Shown here piece by piece: positions 52,747-64,000 of a DNA stretch of 64,000 nt (positions within the stretch are counted from its first letter, which is position 1; every line of letters starts with the position of its first letter). Where the stretch lies: contig NC_058368.1 in the NCBI RefSeq assembly GCF_018350175.1, forward strand, positions 40,054,001 through 40,118,000. Direction: 5' to 3'. Position numbers and translations under genes: made by a program. The notes under the pieces were generated by a model. The model did no database searches. It was not told the origin of the DNA and saw only the letters and a program-made list of their open reading frames with translations. The DNA comes from Felis catus (Eukaryota).

Positions 52747-53210
52747 CAACCACCACCATTTTACTCTGCTTCCATGAGTTAAAATTTTCATTTTCATTTT
52801 AGATTCCACTCATGAGTGAGATATACAATGGTGGCTACTATGGCAAGGGGATAGGGAAAATGTATAAATGCTGGTCAAAGGGTACAAACTTCCAGTTATA
52901 AGATGAATAAATTCTGGGAAACCAATGTAGAGCTTGGTGACTATAGTGAATAATGCTGCATAGTATACTTGAAATTTGCTAAGTAAATGGACCTTAAGCA
53001 TTCTTATCACACACACAAAAAGGTAACTATGTGAGATGATGGATGTGTTAATTAATTCAGTCGTAAAAATCATTTCACAGTGTATACGTTTATCAAATCA
53101 TCATGCTGTACACTTTAAATATATATAATTTTATATTTCAACTATACCTCAGTAAAGCTGAGGAAAAATCATAAATTGAAAAAAGAGAAAAAGACAGAGA
53201 GGGACAGAGA
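52747..53210 (+). mobile_element. Short LINE-1 3' end with 5' inversion
   Basis: Antisense L1 3' UTR segment to ~52822, then sense segment ggtcaaagggtacaaacttccagttataagatgaataa...tacctcagtaaagctg and purine-rich tail; flanking near-repeat gaaagtccaagggca / gaaagcccaggggca. Confidence 0.85.
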
Positions 53211-56200
53211 GAAAGCCCAGGGGCATTATTGTGAAACATTATGCAGCAGTAGGACAAAAGTTATTATATCAACAATGTGGAATCACTGAGGATAATATCC
53301 CAAGAGGGATAGGTATCTGAAGGAAAAAGAAGGTCTCATAATTTGGTGAATAAAAACAGAACAGGAAAGGGTTCTCTTGTGTCTTAACGTGAATTTGTTT
53401 TACTAATCCAGGTATCCTCAAGGCTTGGAGAAACTTGGCTTTATCACTAAGCAGATCCTTAAAATGTCTCTTAACAGCACATAGGATGAAACACAAACCG
53501 TTATCTCACTACACACTTCCATATTCATTATACCTTCTAATGATACTGTGGATATATCCTTAGCTCAGGCCACGGTCAGGAATAAAATAACCTCAGGAGC
53601 TAGTGTCCTTTATTCATAATAAAGTACTAAATGTTTACTTCAGCTGATTTGCTCAAAAATATGTGCTATCAGATACAAGAAAGATAAGAGGAGAATGTAG
53701 AGGTAGAACTGAAAAGCCAGCGTAGTAGAAGGTGAGTCAATACTTCATCATTAAATTTGAAGGACTGCACAGTATTTCTGATATGCTTACTTGATGTATT
53801 TACTTCAACTCACCATACACTTGATCTTTACAAGCCGACTGACCATTTATGCCTTCACTTTGAGAACTGAACTGAGCCACTACCACACAAGTGTGGCATC
53901 TGATGGACTCTAATGAATGTAATTACTCCAGTTTATTGGGTCAGTAATCTGTGAACAAAAAATTATCTACAAAGATTTTGACAATATAGATCCAGTGAAT
54001 AATTTTCTTTTACAAATATTTTTTTCTTTGAAGATAAAGAATTGAAAACAGCTAAATTTTAAAAGTCTGGCTAACACTATAATTACTGGATAAGCAGTAT
54101 GAAATAAACAATTACTTTGCTGAATGCCAGTAGGTAATAATTGTCTGATGATACCCAAATTAATTTCAGATCTTGGAGCATACAAAACTGTTAATTTCCT
54201 AGATTTTAAGAAGGGATAATAATATAACATGTCTGCCTACAAGTACATAAAAGAATGTTGTTCAAGGATTGAGGAAATACGTATGAAATCAGTGCTTTTG
54301 TTAATTATAGAGTTTTACTTGGGCTTTGCCTTTTTACCAAAACAGAATACTTTATAACAATGTATTTTTCAAGGACTTCAAGAATATGTTTGGCAGTTTT
54401 CTTTTTCTCCAAAAGGTCATCAGTGTTGTTGATTTGATAGAAAGACAAAAGTCAATTAACTGCTGATCAATAAAAGGTCATTTTTCTGATCTAGATGAGA
54501 TGTTTAATCAGAAGGTCTGAAATGTATTTTAACCTAATCATAAATATTTCTGGCACTGAAGGTAATGTGATTAAGGTGTATTAAAAACATCAAATTATAT
54601 ACAATTTTTAAAATTACTGTTCCAATTTCAATTGAGAGGTATTTACATTTTAAAGAACATTTAATGAAATGGGTGCGCTTATGAGTAAAAACTAACAAGG
54701 CAAATATTTTTACTTTAAGCCTAATGTTACTGTAAATATTGATACCATATTGGCTAAACAAACAAATTCTAATTGAATAACAATAGAAATCATCCTTCAA
54801 GGATATAAACAGCCTAAATGTTTTTTTTTCTGTGAATTATTCTAAACTCTTACTCCTGATTCAAAGTATTGATGCATAACTGACATGTCTGTTTAAGAAA
54901 TTTAGCCTATAGATTGGTTTTATATTATATTAGACGCATCCTATCATAGGCTGATTGTAGAATGCACTATTCATGGTCTTTTGCACTCTATAATATTGTT
55001 CAATCATTATCTTTTTTAGTTTTCCAGACAATGCTGCCTTAGATAAATTTTCTTGCTCTATTTAAAGATTTGAATACTGACTACAGATGTGTAAGAGGTC
55101 ATCCTGACTTCATGTATGTGCTGTCTTGAGGTAGATAGAAGGTAGAGTATGATGGCCCAGGAGTGCCATGGTGAGTCAGAAGAGAGGATGGAAAGTGGTT
55201 AATGGTGAGGGTTTGCATATAGACATACTTCTGGACACTTACAAATAGAAGGACGTGGGATTATACTCTGGAGCAGTGAGACAAAAGTGAAGGAGTGGGA
55301 AATCAGGGCATATTCTGTGGTGGGAGCATTAGAACCCAGTAGGGCAGTAGTGTGCATACCAAGACTGCCCCACCTGGAGAACTGTACAGAAGGTGAACTT
55401 AGGTTGATGACTTACTATGGGCTCAGGGGTGAGGAGCAGATGTGCTTGGACAAGGCCTGGGCTCTTAGGGCAGCTCTCAATTTACAGGGAGCCCAGCATA
55501 TACTGGTCATAAATATAAATACTACTCTTGAGACCTGGCGTGTTTTGGGTGACATAGCTCCTTCTTTTTTCTACTAAGATACTGTGAATCTGAGTTCTTT
55601 TATGCAAAAACAAATTAAGCTCATGCTTATTTAACTTCAGGGGGGCTATAAAAATCTGAATTGACTTTCATGGACCATTTTGGATATTTGGAAATGAAAA
55701 AAAATTAGTAAAACTATTATATGTCACACAATTATAAAAAGGGCAAGAGGAAAAGATGTTAGTTGGGCTTTTGGGAATTTTTCCTCAAACAAAAAAAACT
55801 GTCCCATAAGCGGACCAATTACACACAGTTAACAATCTTGAATATTAGAAACCCACCAGTGAGACGGGTAATTTCAAAACACATCATTAGACTTCCAATG
55901 CCAATTAACATGGCATAAGCTAATCACAGCCTATCTTTTCCATTGATTACAATTAAAATCCCTAAACAATAGAGGACTGAGCATTTTGAAAGGTAAATAG
56001 AAAATAAATAAGCAGATTCTAGATATGGACCTAGGAGTTCAGCATCTTCTGGAACAGATTTGAAGCTAAAGTGAAATAAGTAAACTACTGGGTCATAGTG
56101 GAATGCATTAGAAACTCAGTATATGTAAACTCCCTCTTTTCTACTTTTCTTTTAAAAATGTTAATAATGTTAACCGGAAGATTATAAATTCCAACTTCTA

Positions 56201-58150
56201 GTCTCGTAAGAAAAAAAAAAAAAAAGGAAGTGACATAGTTTGCTAGAGAGCCATCTGGTCAGGTGCCTGAGAGAGACTGAGTCTCTTGAAGCGTCCACAA
56301 TTGTTCACCTGATTTTTGTTATTATTGCTGATGGTGGCTGTAGGGTATGTATTTGTTTGCTTGTTTTGTTTTGTTTCTTGCTCTACATAGAACCTAAGAT
56401 ATTCTTGCCAGAGTTCTAAAGAAGTTTTGATGGATAAAAAGGCCTATGGAAACCAGAAAAGACTTGGAAGGAGAAAGAAGCTTTATTTAAGATTTATTTT
56501 AAAAAGTTCCTGTCAAATTGGGCCAAGAGTGATAATTTCGTAAGATATATATATACATGTATATACGTATCTATCCATCCAACTCCACAGGGATTAGTAG
56601 TTACTAATTACAGATGAGAACAATTTGTGTGATAACATAGATAATGATTAATTGGAATAATTGATCAGCACCATAGGAAAGTTATCTGAGTTGGATCAAA
56701 GCAAGGACAACAAATATTGCACTTTACTCTCTTAAGCTTAACTACATTTTTTAAAGTGTTGCTAAACATGAGGCAAGCTGAGCTACTAAAACTATTCTAC
56801 CCTAGAAACAATAGAGATTGAATCTACTACCACTTATATTTAAATAAGTTTAATAAGTTAAACGGGTTAAATATTAATTTATTTATAAGTGCTTGATTTT
56901 ATTGTATATAGTATGCCCATTTGATTCCCATATACATTTTTCAAAAAGCAAGGCTATCAATGTAATTCTGTTCTTGGAAAAGAAAGGCTTAAAGTATTTC
57001 AATTGGCAATCTTCTAGATAACTACCATTATAGTAAAATAAATACTAATTAACATGCTAATTTTGGCAATTAATTGATATCCAATCAACTCACTATAGTT
57101 ATTTTGTTAAACACCAGTTAAATGTTCAAATTCTCTGCAAGTTTAATGTATGAATTTGGGCAATAAAGCACATTTAATGTTTTCCTTGTTGAGATAATTA
57201 TATGGCAACTAAATTAACTTACTCTTACTCATTTAAGTTTATTACAATATCATGTATTTAGTGTACAATAAATGTGTAATCTAATTTAAATACTGAGAAA
57301 GTGCTAAGGTTTATGTAGTTCTAGACTATTTAAGGACAGTTCCATAAACCTTTCTTAGGAAGAATGATATAAACTGTTTTTGTGGCTCTTATCCATTCTT
57401 TGCTTATTTAAGTTGTACTTATGAATGTGTGTATATCTATACAGATACAGATATTTACAATAAATAAATTTGATACCCTGGCCTTAGAAATTTCTTACAA
57501 CTGTCTTATTCATAAAGGTAAAAATGTTTATCCTTCTAATATATGTCAGTAATTTTAGAAAACCATCATCTAAGAAATAGGTATCTTCAAATTATTCATG
57601 ACAGTCTTTTATTTACAGAAAATATTCAGAAGTAAGGTTGAATAATCAACATATCTTTCTGGGATTGTTAACCATTGAAAACTTAACAAAGTTAAAAATT
57701 ACTTAGGAATCAAATGCAAATGCTAAATGCAAATACTAAAAGTATTTTTTCTTTTAATTTCTAAACTTTCACAAACTAAATTTAAAATAACTAATAAATC
57801 CTTTTGCTGTTACGTTTTTCCCTGATTAGTCATGTAGACATCTGCCTGTTATTCACACTATAAATACTCCAGGAAAAACCAGGATTTATTATACAAAGTA
57901 TGTATATTGGCCATCTATTTTTTTCTGAACACAGTGAAACTGCACAGTAAAATTCACTTTGACGATACAAGCTATTCACTTCTATCCTGCCCAGCCTCTA
58001 CTCCAATCTGACTTACCTAAAGTCCTTCTCTTCCAGAGTGTATTGGGTGAGTAGGGAGCAAATGCCTCAGGGAGATTGAATATATCTGCCTTATAAACAT
58101 TTGGACTTTTTCATTTTTATTTTTGATCAGTTGTATAAAGTCTGTTTCAT

Positions 58151-58155
<5 letters not shown>

Positions 58156-58192
<37 letters not shown>
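58156..58192. repeat. (TG)n microsatellite
   Basis: About 18 TG units. Confidence 0.97.
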
Positions 58193-58195
<3 letters not shown>

Positions 58196-59037
58196 AAAAC
58201 TGTCTTTTATTTACTTCATAATAATACAGACCTGTACTGATGCCCTTTCTGCTATAGCATATGTCCTGCTGGTATTCCACTTGATGTTGTTTTGAGCTTT
58301 GTAATAAAAATAAACAATTGACTCTTCTTATTCAAATTTTTCTTAACAATCTCAGAGTTTTCTCTCTGGGCAGAGGCCATCATTCCTACAGTGTTGACGT
58401 ATTCAACCAGAAACATTTGTTGAATGTCTCCACGTGCATGAACTAAGTCTGGCAGATGGGGAACACAAGGATGTAGGTACCATTCAACCCTCTGGTCAGC
58501 TCCTGGGAATAAGTAGGGGCCCACAAACATAAATTAGTGGTGAGTTACGGTCCCTGTGTGTTACCAAGAAGTATCTAAAATGTTGTCAGAAAAGAGCATA
58601 GGAAGCCCTCATTCCTGATATTCAAAGTTTAAGCAAAGTCAAAGCAAGGGATTATTTTTCCAAGTTTCATGGTGAACTCAGGAATAATTCTGATTTTGAC
58701 AGGCAGACAATGAAAAATTCAGTGAAAGAGAATCATACTGCAACGTAGTGATTCTGATTCTTAAAATTACAACATAGAGATTGGTTTTGCATAAATTGCA
58801 ATGAATTTTATTTTACAATGCTATTGTAATCATGGAGGATAACTTGGCAATACATACCAAAAACCAACTGTTAAGAAATGTTCCTAAAGTAAGGTAAAGT
58901 ATTATAAACATTTGCCATTTGCAAAAATTTAACTGCAAGGAGGAAATATATGTATTTGGAGTGGAATATAAAAAATAAAATTATGGTAGGTCTATAAGCA
59001 GATTTTATAAAAGCAGGGTTTTTTTTTAACTGCAAGG

Positions 59038-59528
59038 TGTATTAAGATTCTCTAGAAAAACACAACCAGTAGGAGAGAAAGAGAGAGGGAGGGAAAGAAA
59101 AAGAGAGAAAAAGAGATTTATTGTGAGGAATTGGCTTACATGATTATGGAGGCTGAGAAATCCCACAATCTGCCATCTGGAGACCTAGGAAGCCAGTGTT
59201 GTAATTTCAGTCCAAGTCCAGAAGCCTGAGAATCAGGGGAGCCAATGGTATAAATCCCAGTCCAAGGGCAGGTGAGGACCTGTGTCTCAGCTCTAGCAGA
59301 CAGGCAGGAAGTCAAAGGAATGAATTTCTCCTTCCTTTGCCTATTTGTCCTATTTAGGTCCTAAACAGATTGGATGATCTCCACTCGTGTTGGGAAGGGC
59401 AATTTACTGAGTTCACCTATTCAAATGCTGATCTCATCTGGATACACCCTGACAGACACAGCCACAAATAATATTTAATCTGGGCACCTTTCAGCTCAGT
59501 CAAGTTAACACATAAAACAACCTTCACA
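59038..59528. mobile_element. MLT2B-type (ERVL) solo LTR
   Basis: TG...CA termini; gaggaattggcttacatgattatggaggctgagaaatccca; tcagtcaagttaacacataaaa; 5-bp TSD caagg / caaga. Confidence 0.92.
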
Positions 59529-61043
59529 CAAGACTATTAGCGACTAATAAAATGCAAATTATAAATAGTATGTATTAGATGATCACAGCTTTACATTACA
59601 TGTGTAAATGTGTTTATGTGACACCATACCTGTATTTATTTATGTCTTGACCACATATACCAATTCTTAATAGTTTTTGTCTATGCATATTGAGATTATA
59701 AATAATTAAAAATTGTTTTTCTTTCATAATTTTTCCTTCAATAAACATACATTATTTTTGTAATTATAAGTGTTCAATGTTGTTTACTGTGTTTATCTTT
59801 CTCTACTCAGAAGGAAAAATTAAGCACAAATGTACATTTTTAAATTACCTTCACAACTGAAAGAGAAAGATGTCTCTAGTTCAATCAAGAGTAAAAGAAA
59901 TCCTGCACATGGAAGAGAGTGGAGTGCTTTGTACACTGTGGATATTCAATACAAGTGTATTTGTTTGAAATAAGCTTTTTTATCACTCACCAAATTTCTT
60001 AGCCTCTTCTGGTATATTTATTTACAGACAAATTATTTACAGAGAAATGGCTTCATACTTAGCAACACATTTGACAGTCCTCAATTCACATGTCCAAACA
60101 CATTTCATACAATGATTTGTAAGTTATTATAGGATTACTAAAAACAATAATGAATACATAAATAATCAATAGATTGTCATATATATATGTGTGTATATAT
60201 GTGTGTATAAATGAATTGCTAATTTCATCCATTGTTAAATTCTGTTAAACATCATTTTGAAGAAATCTAATTATGTATTAGGGTAAAGGAGCACATTTTC
60301 CTTTTCTTGATTAATCTCATTTTACATGGCCACACTTTCCATGTAAGATTAAAATACTTCTGGGCTAAATAGTCATACCTCTAACCAGAGCCTCAAAAAT
60401 TACACACACAGACACACACACATATGTGCAGATACATACATACAGCTTCTAAAGTATCCAGATATACTCAATTGTTTCCTTCAGTTGGGCCTAAAATTCA
60501 TCCCTTTTTCCATAGTTATTTGCACTTCTTTACTTCATAATTTTTCTCATTTTGCCTTATGAAGACTAAGAAATGTGGCTGCAGACTGCCTGCAAAGTGA
60601 CACAGGCAAGTGTCAAGTCTAAGACAATAGAGGACTCCAGATTCTATTCTGTACAATGACAGAGGTCAGATTTTAAGTAACTTAAAAAAATTTTCTTGAT
60701 CTATGCTAAAAAAAATATGGATCCTTTCTGAATAACTTCAACCTTTCATTTTATAATTTAAGCTTTATGCTATGGTCGGAGGTCTACAGAACTGTGCATT
60801 TACGTCATTCAGTTCTTACTATAAGAAATATTGATACTTGAATAAAGGTATATCATATACAGTACGCTAAAAAGTGTAGAAGTGAAAATAAATTTTCCAA
60901 TTACCTTGTGAATGCAGCTTTGGTGCAAAAGAGATCATTCATTGTATGCTTAATACTTGACAGAGCAGAAAAACAAAAGTATGCATTAACTAACCCTGGT
61001 TTCTACTGCCCAAACCCAAACCAATTAACATCATGTTATTTTT

Positions 61044-61245
61044 TTTATTAATTTTATTTTTGACAGAGAGAGACAGAGCATGAATGGGGGAGGTGCAAAG
61101 AGAGAGGGAGACACAGAATCCGAAGCAGGCCTCAGGCTCTGAGCTGTCAGCACAGAGCCTGACGTGGGCCTCGAACTCATGGACCTGGAGATCGTGACCT
61201 GAGACGAAGTCGGATGCTCAAACGACTGAGCCAGCCAGGCGCCCC
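61044..61245 (-). mobile_element. Can-SINE (relatively CpG-rich)
   Basis: Ends gagccagccaggcgcccc; flanked by atcatgttattttt / atcatattattttt. Confidence 0.95.
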
Positions 61246-61261
61246 AATCATATTATTTTTT

Positions 61262-61480
61262 AAGTGCTATTTTATTTTATTTGAGAGACACAGAGCTGGT
61301 GCGAGTGGGGGAGGGGCAGTGAGAGTGGAGAGAGGGAGAGAGAGAATCCCAAGCATGCCCTGAGCATGCCCTAAGCTCAGAGCCTGATTCAGGACTCAAA
61401 CTCACGAAACCATGAGATCATGGAACCCGACTGGAAGCCAAGAGTTGGACACTCAACTGACTGAACCATCCAGGTGCCCC
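61262..61480 (-). mobile_element. Can-SINE
   Basis: Ends catccaggtgcccc; internal tandem duplication agcatgccctg/agcatgcccta. Confidence 0.93.
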
Positions 61481-63289
61481 GACATTATGTTACTTTTAAC
61501 TGAAGTCTTTAAGTATGCATTTAGATAAGAAAGTAATTACCACACTATAAAATAGAAATCCAATGAAATTGCTTTACACTGTAAAATCTGGGAAAACTTA
61601 TAGTGGCCACATCCAAGACAACTTCCCCTCCAATACATTGACTGGTGCTATTTTAAAGCTGCAGAATATTTGAAGATTTTTTAAAAATCCTACCATTAAA
61701 AAAGGAAAGGAAATGAAATTGAATTCTATGAAAATTACTCATTTTATCCTAAAGTCATAAATAGGTTGGCACTGGAATTGGAACTGAAACTCAGACTTCC
61801 TGACTCAATACATATTAGATAAATCTTTTATGTAGCACATAAATTCCTGAGCATAAATTTTCAGAATTGTGTGTCATTTTTAACATAGACTTCAAGATTA
61901 CATATGTTGATACATTTAAAAACTATATCACATTTTCCCAAAACTTACAGCTATTTTTGACAGTGAGAAAAAATCTGGGCAGTTATGAAACTATAATAAA
62001 GCATGACCTCTGCCATGAGGTAAAAAATAAAGATGTTATATAAAACAATAAATTAAAGAAACCAACTGTTAATCGACACTGACCAGTTGTCTGACTAGTG
62101 ATTTTTTTCAGGTTAATATTTTTAAATGATTCTGAAAGAACTTATAAAACTCCAAAGGAGGGGTTGCATTAAGAAAGGAATGGGAAAGGCAATTACTAAA
62201 CTGTCATTCTAGCAAATCTATGTGAACTCTGTAGTCAAAACAATTTTTAACTCTTATGTCGATAGACAACTTAAAATTATAAAGGTAATATAGTATACTT
62301 TTACTTAACCATTTTCTATCCTGTTTGCAATATTGGCACATTTCAATAGTAAACTTCCCCTCCTCCCAAAAAAAGAAAGTGAAATGAAACTAATAAAAAG
62401 ATAAGAAAGCATAAAGAGATGTATCTTCTGGTACACGGGGGAACAATCTAATTTTACTTCTCTTGTATTTCTCAACATAAGGCAAGTAAAAAGGATGGCA
62501 AACATCATTATATTCTGAAAATCACACCTGGAATACGAATATAAATCGTGTCAATGCAATGCCACAAATACTTGCGTTCAAATTTGTCTTCTAAGTATTA
62601 TCCTTCTCCCACCACTTTAAATGACATGAAGAAAATCAGGTTATATTGACTTGCTTTTAATGGTTTCTGCTTGGAACCAGGATAAACAAATGAATATAGA
62701 GAAGGCAGGCAATGAGTTGAAAGATTACTAAAATTCCTAAAAGTAAACTTTGGGAGCATGATGCACACGTTCACTTGTTGACATCCACTCCATGTCAGAT
62801 AGTTCAAAAGATAGTGAAATATAGTGTAAATAAAATCTAGTCCCTGACCATAAGAAGATACACACTGGTAGGCAAGGCAGGCAAATGAACAAGATATTAC
62901 ATACTGACGATGACTTGAATCATAGAGATGTGTATCAGATGCTGTGTAAGGATGGAATGAGGACACTAATCACAGAAGAGGACAAAAGTAACAGTTACAG
63001 TAAGCCATTTCAAGAAAGGTGGTGATTTAGCTGAATTTTCAATAATAGTCACAGATGATAAGGGAGGCTACACCCTTCAAAAGAAGCAGCAAAAAAAGTA
63101 GCAGGAATATGCAAAGGCTAAAAGTGATCTGGAACAGTTTTTCAGTCACTTAGTGCTCAAAACTGAGGGTTCAATTTAAGTGTGTAAATAATGGGACAGA
63201 ATCTGGCAGTGTAGAAAAGTGTATTGTCTATGCTTGTAAGCCTGAATTTTTATGTCTACTACATTTGCCTTCAAATGCCATTTCATCTA

Positions 63290-64000
63290 AATATTAGTTA
63301 CTGACATAAGGAAGTAACCCTTTGCCTCAGTATTCTGAACTGGAAAATGGAGAGAACACTGTATATCTTGCATGTTGTTGGAAACATCCATGATAATATT
63401 ATTTAAAGCCCCAACTCTCCAACTAACCAAACTTGTTCATTGCAACCATGATATATGTATTTACAACATACATATATGGCATTCATACTATCCTTGATCT
63501 CTCGGCAACATGCCTCAAATTTGGCCCTCCTTCTTTCTGAGGAATAACTTAGAAAACTTCTATGATTCCACTTTCTGTTCCTCATACTTTCTGGCACCTT
63601 ACACTTAACTTGTCTTTGTTAATTATTACTTTTTGTTGGGTCTTTTTAATTTTGAAATTTGTCTCTCTCTGTGCTCCTCACTTATAATTCTACATTTTTA
63701 GTTTTGTGAATGTCTTTTATTCTCATGACCTCAAAAGCCTTACACATATCTTACAAATATATATTTAAGAGCTCAGCTGCCTTACTTTAGCTCTAGGCCT
63801 ATATATCTAAATGTTCACTGACTATCCCCACTTGGTATCTTGCTGACATCTCAATCATGGTAAAAAGTATCCTGATATTGACTGCAAAAATATATTTATT
63901 TCCTTTGTCTTTCATCGTGGTAAAAAATATGTTACTATTCAACCAGTTAATTTTCTCAATTCTGAAACCGATATTGACAACTTCGTCTTCTTCCTTTCTA
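63290..64000. mobile_element. MIR fragment (~63290-63400) and L2-like fragment (~63620-64000)
   Basis: taaccctttgcctcagtattctgaactggaaaatggaga (MIR core); gctctaggcctatatatctaaatgttcactgactatccccacttgg...catctcaa (L2). Confidence 0.55.

Noticed and set aside
59849..59856. 8-nt minus-strand micro-exon (tctttctctttcag|ttgtgaag|gtaatt)
   Set aside because: Not frame-preserving and readily expected by chance; no other support.
62598..62966. 122-aa minus-strand ORF
   Set aside because: No recognisable homology; partly resembles the L2 3' end.
1..64000. A novel multi-gene system, CRISPR array, or rRNA/tRNA genes
   Set aside because: No intact genes or repeat-spacer arrays were seen. The recurring ~200-bp repeats with A/B boxes are dispersed tRNA-derived SINEs, not tRNA genes.

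Overview
AT-rich mammalian genomic DNA, almost certainly from a cat-family (Felidae) genome: about 29 tRNA-derived Can-SINEs of the SINEC_Fc type are present. I found no intact protein-coding gene and no novel biological system that I can support. The window looks like an intergenic region or deep intron. The ORF track mostly reflects SINE/LINE reading frames and chance ORFs. The main non-trivial elements are: (1) an intronless, disabled retrocopy of CIBAR1/FAM92A on the minus strand (CDS homology 28961-29813), with a SINE probably inserted in its 3' UTR; (2) a ~1.4 kb, heavily decayed Tigger/pogo-family transposase relic (minus strand, ~48880-50260) that the ORF track misses; (3) a short 5'-inverted (twin-primed) L1 with a candidate target-site duplication (52747-53210); (4) several solo LTRs, three with visible target-site duplications; (5) a candidate 21-nt micro-exon at 13840-13860. 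Repeat family names come from recalled consensus sequences and need RepeatMasker/Dfam confirmation. Boundaries of old repeats are approximate.
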